DNA of 59,178 nt, filler included, from Sphacelaria rigidula (GCA_964200075.2; 7 parts of 7 records of this genome joined end to end with filler, not necessarily neighbours in it); one strand, 5' to 3'; shown: positions 33,412 through 45,044, counted from the first letter of the whole stretch. Notes: generated by a model from the sequence alone, not told the origin. Numbers and translations: made by a program.

Positions 33412-33645
33412 CTGGGCCTGCGCGATTCGCTGAGTCTCGATCTGCTGCCGTTGCGCCGGCGTCAACTCGCGGTGCGCATAGTTTCCCACCAGCCCCCCTG
33501 CTGCCCCGCTGCCAGGCACCACCCCCGGCACCCCCCCCGTAGATATCTGATTGGACAGAGATCCCGCGCCTTGCACAAGCGGCCCAGCGTTCCCGGGAGC
33601 ACCTCCCGCAGTCGGCCCTGATCCAGGACCCCTGTTCCTGGCCTC
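33412..33645 (-). CDS. Gly/Ala/Gln-rich protein, first visible (internal) exon
   Basis: aacag|GAGGCC...GCCCAG|gtttgt. 78 codons, EARNRGPGSG...RELTPAQRQQIETQRIAQAQ, phase 0/0. Confidence 0.7.
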
Positions 33646-33682
33646 CTGTTGTTAGTTTGCGGTCAATACAGCAAGCAGCAGG

Positions 33683-33684
<2 letters not shown>

Positions 33685-33731
<47 letters not shown>

Positions 33732-33776
33732 GTCGTCCCATCTATTCTGGGCGCCGGTCTACACCTTTCGGTGTGA
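33685..33776 (-). mobile_element. SINE 3' end with (CA)n tail
   Basis: (GT)n at 33685-33730 directly abuts TGTCGTCCCATCTATTCTGGGCGCCGGTCTACACC, nearly identical to 3464-3500. Confidence 0.75.
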
Positions 33777-33876
33777 NNNNNNNNNNNNNNNNNNNNNNNN
33801 NNNNNNNNNNNNNNNNNNNNTTAATTAATTAANNNNNNNNNNNNNNNNNNNNNNNNNNNNNNNNNNNNNNNNNNNN
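33777..33876. other. Artificial contig-joining spacer
   Basis: Same 100-bp spacer. Confidence 0.98.
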
Positions 33877-34025
33877 AGACCCTCCCCACGCCGTACCGAC
33901 AAGACCGGTCACGGCCTTCGTCGGAGGACGGGGAACGGATACAGCAGCGGCGGAATTACACTTCTCCGTCGCTTGGTTTCGGTTTTGGCCCCTGCCTCCG
34001 CACCCGTATCTCTGGTTGCTCATAC

Positions 34026-34130
34026 CTTGTCCGCCACAACGACCGCCTCGAGATCTTGACCTATCTCGAGCAGTTTTTTGCGCAGCGCCTTTAGCGCGGG
34101 GCTCGGGGAAAAATCTTCAAATATGCCCAT
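34026..34130 (-). CDS. Putative first coding exon of a small helical protein (weak resemblance to PDRG1/prefoldin-like N-terminus)
   Basis: gcgaccATGG start context, MGIFEDFSPSPALKALRKKLLEIGQDLEAVVVADK, strong donor AAG|gtatga. The rest is lost at the contig end. Confidence 0.45.
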
Positions 34131-35463
34131 GGTCGCCACAATTATAACATACGCGAGTGCACAGCGCTCGCGAAGTCGGCAGCTGTTTCTGTTATTTACG
34201 CTCGTCATACTTTGACGTTTCTAACGGTTTATCCCAAACCAGCGGCATCGTTGCCGCTTGAGCCATGTTCTCTATGACTCAAAATTCACGGATAGACTCT
34301 TGCCTCACTTGAGCGTCCCTCCAGCGGAGTGTGTTCCTCCAAACGCTGTGAGCTGTAAGCCGTCGTCCGTCTGCGGGCTGAACTAGCTCTATGCTGCAGC
34401 CCAATCCCTCCTCAGCCACAACTCCTCTAACAGAGTGCCGAAGAATAATATCTAGATATTATAGCCTCTGCCAGACGATCTGGACAAGAGGACTATTCAG
34501 TTTGGGACTTCTCCAGAACACACTGGCCTCACGATCGATAAGAACTTCTCTTAGAGCTTCCCTTCACGAGGTAAACAGCTGCGGCCTGTACCTTCAGGCA
34601 TAGGCTACAGAGCAAGGGTCATCATCCACAGAATGCCCTTGTCCCCTGGGAATCATCCAGGATCCTATGTGCTACATTTACTACGCCTCGGTGTATTTTT
34701 GGCTACAAGCTGCACGCTGGGCATTCTCACTCAAGACTTCGATTTGGAGCATAATAGCAGCAACTGCTGTGTGTCCAGATGCCTCTTGAAACATGATGCG
34801 TTTGCTTTCTGTCTGACAACATGGAGCAAAAAAAGTCGCAAAAATCGAGTTGCGAAATTCCGCCACTGGGTCCACAGATGGGAAGCAAGAATTATGAGTG
34901 GAAAGGTTTCTCGACCAATTATAGTCTTGAAATACATCAAAATGCGGCGACCTTTCTTCAATCAGATGAGAATAACAAGTAGAATATGAGTCGAAAAGTA
35001 GCTTTGCTTGGCCCACACATTGCGCCGCTGCGACGCAGACAGCTGCTACCGTCAATAAACGAGGATACAGCAGCTCCGTGCTGGCTCAGGTTGTTTGTCC
35101 CAACCTACACGCACCCGCCTTTCGTGTCTTTCCAGATCACAGCACCCGACTATAACTGAAGTACCAGAGAAGCACAGCCGTCATGTGACGATTGTTTCAA
35201 CTTTTCAATGTTTGGACAGCACTTTGATCTCACCCCAATTCTGTGCAGACCGAAACACGGCATGCAGCAGTACGACTGCTCAGAACACTCTCCAGTGCAC
35301 ATCGCACCGTGATCGTCGTAGAGTGTTCAGATGCACAACAGCACAGCGACAACTACAGCATAGAAATGATGGGTTTGGGGGGCGCCTTTGTTCGTTTGAC
35401 TCGAGACGAAACAGCCAACACACGATGAACGTTTCAAACGTGTGTAGAGAGCACTGCGTGCCG

Positions 35464-35494
<31 letters not shown>

Positions 35495-36108
35495 AGGTTC
35501 CCCTTCGGGAGGTTGGTACGGGTCTCCCGGGGGTGTCGCAAGTCGAATTTTATTTTTTGTCAAGTTTTCTACGATCGTGAAGAGTTGTGACGTGGGATTG
35601 ACACCCCGCAAAAGAAGGTCAGTTTGAGCGACTTTAGGGGGCCACAACACGTGCCACAGGTGTCAGATGGCGCGAAAATCTGAACGGTAATGTACCGCTG
35701 CGCCTTCTCGATGCGCCGCAATAGGACGTGTGGGAAAAATGCCTTGCCGCCAGAGAAAACTCGGCATAAGCGGTGAAATGATACATGTACATAATACACA
35801 CTTCGCGTAAAAGCACTGACAGCGCTTGTACGACCGTGCCTCCTGAAATGAGTGCCTCTACAGGCGATACCGAGATAGGTATCGCGTAGAATGACATCAT
35901 CTAGAATGTATGTACCCAATACGGATCGATGCTTTTTTGCCCGGGCAGGAGCCACCCAGCAAGTCATGATGTGGAAGTGAGCGCATCTGCGATTCCACAT
36001 ATGCATTCACTGACATCTCACACAGTCTAGGCTGAGGGGAGTCTGTTCTGATGGCGTATCGATGGCATTGCCGAGAATCGGTATTCATCGTGCGTCTGGC
36101 ACACCACG

Positions 36109-36214
36109 TTGACCCTTAGACCGCGAGGGTAGTCTACCTGGACCACGCATACCTTTTTCAAGTGAAATTGATGCCGACTCCACCCATGACCTACTCTCGC
36201 TGTCTAAGGGTTAA
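36109..36214. mobile_element. piggyBac-like (TTAA) MITE family A, copy 3
   Basis: TTGACCCTTAGACCGCGAG ... CTCGCTGTCTAAGGGTTAA, on a different contig from copies 1 and 2. Confidence 0.8.
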
Positions 36215-36423
36215 ACGTGCCGCCGATGCGGGAATATGCTGTCTGTGTTGTGGTCTACCTCCGTGCCAATTTCAGGCTGGTTCGTTCAGACACGGCGGAG
36301 AAATCCACAAGCAAAGTAAGGCTTGACTTGTACTGAAAATACAGTACTAAGCCGCCGAAAGATACATGAGGTCCATACTCGCATGGTTCTCCCTGTCATC
36401 CCTGTCACAAGGACAAACCTGTC

Positions 36424-36656
36424 TGTAATGCGTGAGAGGACCGCGTGCTTGGAGGACCGCGCCGTAGTTCGAAACATCTCAGGATCAACGTTTTTCAAAA
36501 CCAATCGGGCCAGTCTCTGCAGGTACTACGCCCCTGACCATGACCCACTAACCCTAACCCTAACCACGGGGACAGTCATATTCCGATGCGGTCCTCTAAG
36601 CACGTGGTCCTCCAGCGAGAAGATAATTATAACCTTCAGCGATCCCACGCATTACA
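36424..36656. mobile_element. TGT..ACA MITE with 5-bp TSD (Ginger-like), copy 1
   Basis: TGTAATGCGTGAGAGGACCGCGTGCTT ... CACGCATTACA. Flanks CTGTC/CTGCC. The right TIR is interrupted by about 30 bp. Confidence 0.8.
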
Positions 36657-37195
36657 CTGCCAACCCTGCCACAAGGATATCCCTGCGCCCGTAGTTCACA
36701 CAGGTGCATCCTACGGATTGCATGATCACAGGGATTTTGACACCGCCCTTTGCTGGTCAATGCAGGTGGCCCACAGTAGGGACAATTGCCCACGTGTGTG
36801 CCTTGTTCACCTCCCCAAAGGCTCACCGCACGGTCTGTGTTTGCTGCTGACTGAGGCCAAGGCAATGTTCAATTGTTTTCAACTGCATTCCTCTCATGTT
36901 CTCGTGGCGGCATGAGCGATGTAATCGTGCTCCCAAATGAACAAGAACCCGACGAAGAGAAACACGGGGGGGAAATACTCCGCCAACAGTCATCCTGCTG
37001 CTTGAAGTTTCTCATGAACTTGGGAAGGCTTTTGTGGTTCGGGATCGACACCCCGCAGAAAAAGAGCCAGTGCGGTCGATTTTCGATGGCCAGAACACAC
37101 GCCACAGGTATCAGATGACACCCAAACCTGAAGGGTAATGTACCACTGCGCCTTCTCCGCGCACTGCAAAAGTAAGCGCGTGATGAGATACCTTG

Positions 37196-37406
37196 TGTAA
37201 TGCGTGAGAGGACCGCGTGCTTATAGGACCGCGCCGTAGTTCAAAGCACCCCAGGATCGACGTTTTTCATAACCAATCGGACAAGTCCCTGCAAGTACCG
37301 CGCCCCTGACCCTAACCCTAACACTAACACTAACCCTAACACTTACCATAGGGATGTTCAACTCCCGTTGCGGTCCTCTAAGCACGCGGTCCTCTCACGC
37401 ATTACA
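37196..37406. mobile_element. TGT..ACA MITE with perfect 5-bp TSD CCTTG (Ginger-like), copy 2
   Basis: Perfect 28-bp TIR TGTAATGCGTGAGAGGACCGCGTGCTTA. TSD CCTTG at 37191-37195 and 37407-37411. Internal C(C/A)CTAA repeats. Confidence 0.9.
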
Positions 37407-38407
37407 CCTTGCCGCCAGAGAAAACTCGGTAAAAGTGGTGAAAAAAGTGAAATGATACATGTACATATATGTTTCTCAGAGACGAACGGAATGACAGTAC
37501 AAAGCAACTCAGGCATTCCCAGCGGAGATCAACCGTCTATACAAAGGCCCGAAAATGATACTGCGCAGCGACAGCTACAGTCCACAAAACAGAGCATGAG
37601 TGTGTTTGTGCTGTAGCACAGTGATACAGGATATGTCTCATTCAACAGTTATTTCCCTGATTCCGGGTGGGTCCTCAATTTTTGCCCAGCGGTGATTTTC
37701 AAACGCTCGGCCATAATCGCGCTTCGCTCGAAGATATTTGAATCCACTTTGAGTTACGTCTATCTGCGGGAGGTGAGCCTCGCGAAGAACCGGTTAGGCG
37801 ATTATTTTACCCGGAGCCAAAACTAAATTCACTCAGTGAAATTGGAATAGCCTGTTGGTGCATAGTTCAAAAAGAGAACGGAACATTGGGCACAGCTGAT
37901 CGGAAATCGTGAATGGGTACCTATATTGACAAGCTGTGCACTTTCGTTGTCATCATCCGAGCAGCACGAGCTATTTCCTTGTCACGGTTGCTCCTAAGCA
38001 AATGTCCTCGCGGGCAGTAAACACAACGGGGTATAAGCCTCTCAACCACTGGCTAGAAAAGGGCACATTGAATGTTACCTAAGCGAAGGCTGAGTTAGTC
38101 GTTACATTTCGCATGCTCTGCTCGACAGCATGCTCCTTCGTGCTCTGCTGTTCCCACTGCAATGATGTTACCACCACGGCACTGTATGCTCCTCCTCTCC
38201 GTAGTCTCACGCACGGTGGCCGATGCAGCGGTAAACACGTAAATGTGAAACTATCCAGCTGTGAGGCAGCTGCGCCAACAGCTCAGAGAAATACTCAACG
38301 TCCGAGGCAGATGCTATACCAGATATATCAACAGTAGAGCAAAGTGAGCTACACTACCACAGCAAGTATAATTGACTATGCTCACGCTCTGCCATGAACA
38401 ACGTTGA

Positions 38408-38814
38408 TGTAGGATACAGTGCGGTACCAATAGCATGCACCATGTTGCAATTGCGGAGGATTAGGTAACCAATCAGAGGAATTATGTATAATGACGTAGG
38501 TTATGCGAGTATAGTCAAGTGTACATTCCGTCCAACTGCGAGCACATCCCCCACTTCGATCAGTCCATCTAGGTCCATCTTGGTTCGGGTGCCAACTGCC
38601 TGCCTTGCTCTGGGGGTTAACATGAGTGTATGTGGCGAGTCTGTGTGTGTGATACTGAAGTGAGGGATATTGAGCGTGTGTTATTGTGTGACAGAGGTAG
38701 ATTGGAGTGTGTGAGAGTAAACAGGGTGGAGCGATAATCGAAACGTGTTCTAGACCTATATTGACTACTGCTATGTACCTGAGCCAAGGTGCTGACTGCT
38801 GTTCACGCACTTCA
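38408..38814 (+). repeat. Candidate 5' LTR of the copia element
   Basis: TG...CA segment 200 bp upstream of gag, followed by GTTGTGTGTCCACG, possibly a decayed GGTTATGGGCCC-type PBS. No second LTR is available for confirmation. Confidence 0.25.
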
Positions 38815-39773
38815 GTTGTGTGTCCACGCTTACCCCGCAGCAGAGCGGTCGATTACGCTAGCGCAAGAGTTACCGCCGGTGCAGGAGGGTTTGAGATTGG
38901 AGAGAGTTTGAGCAAGAGGAGAGTTTGAGTCGAAGAGTATTTGAGAGAGAGGTGTGAAGGTCTTCAGGTTTGAGTACAGGTTGAGCAAGGCTGGTAGTTT
39001 GACTAGGTTTTGATATGGAAGAGAATCAACACCCCACAATGGAAGAGCAAGTGAGATTTCTGACTGAGCAGATGAACAGGGTGCAGCAGACAATAAACAG
39101 CACACAGGTGATGCCTGCTAGTACAGCACAGCAAGCACCGTTCCACACCCTCACGCCCCCAATTCTCATCGCATTTGCAGCAACAAAAGCATCCTCCTTT
39201 GGGATAAAAAGGCTGCCACATCTACCAATGTCAGGGATAGGTTCGCGGTGTTCAACATCCAGATGTGTGCCTATTTCAAGGATGAAAACTGCTATGACGC
39301 TTTGCTAGTTGAAAGCCCCATCAGGGTACACCGCGAGAATGAGGAGGATTTGCGAGCAAGTTTTGGAAACGAAGCAGTTGATAGAGCCAAAAGGGCTATG
39401 AGGATAATACTCGATGAAGTAACATTTCCCCCCTTGGTACGGCATATCGATATGCTTGCGAACCCAAGTCAAGCATGAAATTAATTATATCGTCCAGTAC
39501 TACAGGAGCCCAGAAGCTACAGAAAAAGCCAAGTTGGAACACGACTAACAAACGTTGCAGATGGCTGACGGTGAATTGCCAATGAACTTTCTCTCGCGGG
39601 CCCAATTTATTCGTAGGAAGTGCGAAGAACTCGATGTAGTTCTCTCGGACTGTGAAGCGAACAGGCATATTGCTCGATGCCTCTCATCAGAGTACCCGCG
39701 CGAGCGTAGGAATTTACTAGCACTACGAGCGATAAGCATAGATGAGGTAACCCGCCAGCTAGGAAATGCGTAT

Positions 39774-40026
39774 GACACTTTCTACGATAGCCCCCCCCCC
39801 AAAAGTGCATTGTTTTGGGAGGCAAACTTTCCACGGAAATCGAAATGGGAAAAGCCGAGCACAACGAGCAACTGGAAATTCCCACGCTTGGATTCGTTCA
39901 AGCCAATGTCGTCACTATGAAGCGCTTCATGCAACCTGAACCCACACATCAGGCGCTGTATGGCCATTTATTCCGTGACACGTTTGGGCCGGTTTGGTTT
40001 GGGGGGGGGGCATCGTAGAAAGTGTC
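39774..40026. mobile_element. MITE with GACACTTTCTACGAT TIRs and 4-bp TSD GTAT, inserted in copia gag
   Basis: TIR GACACTTTCTACGATAGCCCCC / GGGGGCATCGTAGAAAGTGTC. GTAT on both sides. Excision rejoins ORF 39555 with ORF 40043 in frame. Confidence 0.9.
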
Positions 40027-40740
40027 GTATGCAGAAGCGTAATTGTTGAAAGAAAGGCAGAAATCAACCTTGAACCATGCACTTTCCGCTTCTAGTACTG
40101 GTGGAAGGGACCATGGATCACCTGACAGATGGCAGAACGGGGGGAACCGCAGATCCCACAATCCGCAAAACCAACACAACCACCACATCCCTCCAAACCC
40201 ACACCACCACACCAATCCAATTTCCATACCAACCATGGTTCACAGCAACACATCAGCAGTGGTCATGGTGGTCGAGGGGGATGGTATTCCCCGAGACGAC
40301 AGCCATGGCGACCACACAGTCCGTGAAATCATTCGGGACCAGGCCGTGGTCGGGTACACCAACCTAGTCAACGAACCGACCAAATCCGTTGCCCTTGTAA
40401 TTGTCCCAATTGCCCTCCTCGCCGGCACCACGCGCAGCATCCCAACGTCCAGCAACCCCCAGTTGCCCAGCAACATCAACCAACATGCACAGGCTCAGAT
40501 CACTACCGTTCCTCAGGTAATCAGGGCCCACCAAACCACCAACAACAGTCCGACCACACAACCAACCATACACCACCACAATCCCATTACCCGCATCCAC
40601 AACACCAAATCCACAAACGCCCACCACAAGCCAACACCGTTCAGTAGACTGATCCCACCTGCCAGCACCATGAGAGCGTTGATAACTTTGTCTATAAGGA
40701 CAATACTTTCAACGACGCCGGTTGTGCACATACAGTCCAA

Positions 40741-40975
40741 GACACTTTCTACAATAGCCCCCCCTCCGAAACCAGCTAAAAGTGACACGAAACAAATGGC
40801 CATACAGCGCCTGATGTTCNNNNNNNNNNCATGTTGGCGACATTGGCTAGAACGAACCTAAGCGTGGGAATTCCCAGCTTCTCGTTGTGCTCGACTTTTC
40901 CCATTTCGATTTCCGTGGAAAGTTTGCCTCCCAAAACCATTCACTTTTGGGGGGGGGGCTATCGCAGAAAGTTTC
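40741..40975. mobile_element. Second copy of the GACAC-TIR MITE, opposite orientation
   Basis: GACACTTTCTACAATAGCCCC ... GGGGCTATCGCAGAAAGTTTC. Flanks CCAA/CCGA. The internal sequence is the reverse complement of copy 1. Confidence 0.85.
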
Positions 40976-41748
40976 CCGATACCATACCTCTCAACATCAA
41001 CTGCAGCCGCAACCTACCACCATCACCGAACATCTCCCCTGCTACCCATCACAACATCCGCCGCCAGACCAATCCCATCATGACCCTTCCTCCGCTGCAC
41101 CACCACCACCATACTCGTCACTCTACCACGAGTCATCCGACCAATATTCCTATCCGGTAAATCCCTACCAAACGTCAACTAACTGCCGATCTGCCGCTTA
41201 CTGATAACCCTGGTGGTAGTGTGTACATGGCACTTTCTGTCGTACCGGAGAAGTCAGTCTTTAGTTTGAGTAATTTCGATGTGAACGGTATGATGTTGCA
41301 TCAGATAAAATCTCCGCCTCTTTCTGATTCAGAAGTATGGATTGTAGACTCAGGTACTAGGGGGTGGTCAAATGCTACCGGTTCTTGGGGATGGTGAATA
41401 CTACCGGTTAAGGCTGTAGGGAGCCTCAAGTTGGGATTTCATCAAGCACGTGCGAACAACTCCCCCCATGATGATGCAGTGTGTGTACTGCTGACGGATG
41501 TGTATGTTTTGGAGGGAATTCAGTTCAGCCTATTCTCTATCCACCGGGCTCAAAAGAGCCAACAAGTCATCTGCGATAAAGTAGGTGTGCATCTATTCGA
41601 CGGCAGACTGTGTTTCGACTACAAGGACCGTACATCATCACAATTTGCCACACACCTGCCATCAACCTACGGACAGCTTCTAGTAGTCACTCTTGTTGCC
41701 GCCATTGAAAGTGACACTACATCCATCCCACAACAAGCTAGTATTAGT

Positions 41749-42000
41749 AAGATTCCCCCGGATTTTGATTATGCTCCCCAACGAGATAGTGTCCGTAGAT
41801 TTCCCCCGGATTTTGCTTCTGCTCAACAGCGAGTTGGTGTCGGTAAAATTCCCACAGATTTCGCTCCTATTCCACAGCGACTTGGTGTCAGTGGATCCCC
41901 CCAGGTTTCGATTCTGCTCCTCAACGAGCTAGTATCCGTAACATTCTCCCGGATTTTGCCTCTGATCAACAGCGAGTTCATGTCGGTAAGATCCCCCAAC
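41749..42000 (+). repeat. 48-bp tandem repeat (~5 units) in copia pol
   Basis: Encodes KIPPDFDYAPQRDSVR / RFPPDFASAQQRVGVG / KIPTDFAPIPQRLGVS 16-aa units. Confidence 0.85.
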
Positions 42001-42244
42001 TCTGCTTTTCCCCCCCGGGCCGTGAGTGTCGACCGAAATTTCCGCGAATATTCTGGTACTCGGTTTTCAAGTGTTGGTGATTTGAGTGAGGGAGAGAGAA
42101 GGCCCATGGCACTGGCACCCAACCAACGACCCTCCACGGACAGCCAACCACAACGTAAAATTGACATCACCAACAGCGTCGCGTGGAAGGTGACTCGTCA
42201 GCAATTTCCCACAGCGGGGTCGCTCGACGGCGGGGGGGGGGGTG

Positions 42245-42344
42245 NNNNNNNNNNNNNNNNNNNNNNNNNNNNNNNNNNNNNNNNNNNNTTAATTAATTAA
42301 NNNNNNNNNNNNNNNNNNNNNNNNNNNNNNNNNNNNNNNNNNNN
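42245..42344. other. Artificial contig-joining spacer
   Basis: Same 100-bp spacer. Confidence 0.98.
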
Positions 42345-42792
42345 GCTGAAATTTCAGGAAGACCTTCTGCACCCAAGAAGCTGATACTTCACGAGTCCAG
42401 CTGCAGATTCTCCTTTTTTTCCTGAACTTCTAGCATTATCTAGCTTTTTTTTCCCGAAATTTCGAATTCCCATAACTTCCTTATTTTTTATTATTTTATT
42501 CTGCTCACGTGATCTTCTACATTTCGATCATAAAAAGCTGCTGTCAAAATTTCAGCGTCCAACTCCTCATATTTCGCCGTGCGCCGCCTGAACGAGGTTC
42601 GCACCTACCCTTGGCTGGCCCAGCTCGTATGTAAAAGGTTTTTGTGCAATGTATGGAAGAAATGTAATGAACACCGGAATGTTGTAGGTGTCTCTAATAG
42701 GAGTAGGAACGGTTCTTAGCTGCATACGGCGGCCGGCAAACATTTGAACAAACAGACACGACACACGTCAGACAACAAGCAAGCGCGCACAC

Positions 42793-42900
42793 CTTGTTCC
42801 ACACGTCGCCCAGCGACTTGTATACGGCGAAGGCAATAACGGGGATCGCCAAGTGGTTCCGCTTCTCCAGTTTATCCCACATCTCATAGCAAGCGAACAC
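42793..42900 (-). CDS. TspO/MBR-family membrane protein, third visible exon
   Basis: cgcag|GTG...AACAAG|gtgtgc. Encodes VFACYEMWDKLEKRNHLAIPVIAFAVYKSLGDVWNK, phase 0/0. Confidence 0.8.
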
Positions 42901-44609
42901 CTGCGTAGACCGAGCGCCCCGCGAATCATTCGAGGGGGGGGAGTAATGGTCGGGGTGTACAATTTTTTTTCTGAGGTTTGAGTTGGTAGGAGCCCTTCAT
43001 TTCATTCTAAAAAGGACTCATGCAAAATGTGAGAGCACGCCACGCGTAGCACTCAAAGCAGCACTCCAATGGGCTAGGGATATCTCGGATGGATTTTGAA
43101 ACGGGAGTTTTCCGACCCATATTTTGTGAAAATCTTACTCACAGGAGCCTCAAAATGAGAGCGATCTGGGCAAAATGGTGCAACCCCTACCGTGGCATGA
43201 CTCGAAAGTGACAGATGATGGTGCCCGACTCACGCAGCGCTGCAGATTACTTTACTGTAATCTTTCGGCAAAAATAGACCGGCCCGAAAATAACGATACT
43301 CCCAGGCAGGCAGGCAGTTACCAACGTGCATATGTAAATATACATTACAGACAGAAAAAAGCAGAGGAATCGTCCTATTATTTACAGGACGCCACCAAAC
43401 AAAAACGCCAACGCCCCACTCGCGCAGTGGAATGAATATATCAGTACTCCGATGAACTCAGCTGATTTTGAGATGACATTTTTTTGTTTCGGTCGGGCAT
43501 TCAACTTTTGTTTTTTGTCAATTTTCTCATTACTGCTACCGTTTTGTCGTCGTGTGCGTGGCCCATGGCACGATGTCCGTGTGGTGCGTTTCATGTTGGC
43601 GACGCACGTACGAGCTGTTCCCAGTTACGGGGCTCTCTTCCCGTTGGCGACGCACATAACGAGCTGCTCTCTGTATGTTTATCCTTTGGTCGGCGCCATG
43701 TCAGTATTTCTACATTTTATTCGCTCGTTGTTTTAGTGGATGTACATGTGTGTGTTGCCACCCCCATTTATGCTGGACATCAGTCTACACCTTTCGGTAT
43801 ACAGAGCGCGGCAGATGTTACGAATTTCGTAGTTGAGAATCTCAGGCTCGTTTTTTTGTTTTAATTCAAGAATCTACGGGTAAGCATTTGTGCTGAACTC
43901 AAGGGGAAACGTAAGTATTAGAAGTGCAAGGGGGTCGGCAGGCAAGAATCTGCAAGGGTGCATTGCTCCTGAGAATGATGAGAAACTGCCTCCATAACCA
44001 CCATGGCTACACCATGCGCTCAAGGAAGAACAATATCATTGGCCTCTCCTGGGACACCCCATGGACAATAATGGCAATCTGTACAAAACTCGTACAGTAC
44101 TGCACTATATTCTGCTCCGATTTTGTCGGTCGGAACAAGACTGGTTCGCGTACTGCTTGGTGCTGGCGCACGGTGCAGTGCTGTATTTGCAGTCCCTTTT
44201 GCAAGGGGATGAGAGTAGGGGGTTGAGGACCGACGCCCGGATGGGTAGGGTGACTCGTGTACAGAGTCGAGCTAGGGGACCTTGTAGGAGGTTTGGTCGG
44301 TGAGAGACATGCCTGACGGTTGGAGCGACTCGAAGCGCTGCACGAAACTAGGAATAGCGAAGTGCATGGTTTAGGGCTCCTTCCTGTCCTCTGGGGACAA
44401 AATAATGACAATAATAAGAGTAGGGGGTACCTTGGATGCCCCCTACTCCTATGCCTGTGCAAAATAATATTTTGAAAATTAGGCATTTGGCGTTTTGGAC
44501 CTCTTCGAACAGTAAGAATTTGGATTCAAGCTTTTCTGCGGAAATCTAATAGAGAATAAGACGCCGAGCCTTGCTCTCAAAACGTTTTTCTGAACATATG
44601 TCGCGCTCT

Positions 44610-44908
44610 GTATGTGGGCGCATCAGCCGGGGTCACGCAGAAGGAGGGCCAACACAGCATTTTTTTGTACGGTACTCCACCTTCCTTTTGCGGTGCTTGC
44701 CTTATTTCTTATCGCGACAGGAGTTCAGCGGTGTCTTTCCCTCGTCTACCGCAAAATCTAGTTTCGTGTACCACAACAAAGTCGCTCCCCACTGTCCGAC
44801 ATGGCGTGCGAAAGATCCTAGACCGTATGACTTCCCCCGAGATTCGAAGCCACGACCCAACCGTCAAAAGGTTTCAAGGGTACCAACTGAGCCACCTGAG
44901 CGACCGGC
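44610..44908 (-). mobile_element. tRNA-derived SINE including head, intronic
   Basis: The minus strand begins GCCGGTCGCTCAGGTGGCTCAGTTGGTA (A box) ... GGCTTCGAATCTC (B box), then the shared SINE body. Confidence 0.8.
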
Positions 44909-45044
44909 TACCCGAGACATATTCACGTCATCTCACAACACTTACAGTTATGCACGTCATATATCTCTCTGAAGCAAAGTTAGAGAGGGGTACATAACGA
45001 GGGAAGGGAGGTGGGAGGGGGGGGGGGGATGAGACAACACAGAA

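Larger units (their letters stand above)
35560..37470. repeat. Diverged local duplication (35560-35792 vs 37004-37470)
   Basis: Shared GACACCCCGCA, GCCACAGGT.TCAGATG, GGTAATGTACC.CTGCGCCTTCTC, CCTTGCCGCCAGAGAAAACTCGG and GTGAAATGATACATGTACATA. Confidence 0.85.
39015..42244 (+). mobile_element. Degenerate Ty1/copia LTR retrotransposon (gag and protease), truncated by contig end
   Basis: Copia-type Gag LQMADGELPMNFLSRAQFIRRKCEELDVVLSD...IARCLSSEY. Protease WIVDSGT at 41338-41358, followed by LLTDVYVLEGIQFSLFSI. Several stops, frameshifts and two MITE insertions. Confidence 0.75.
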
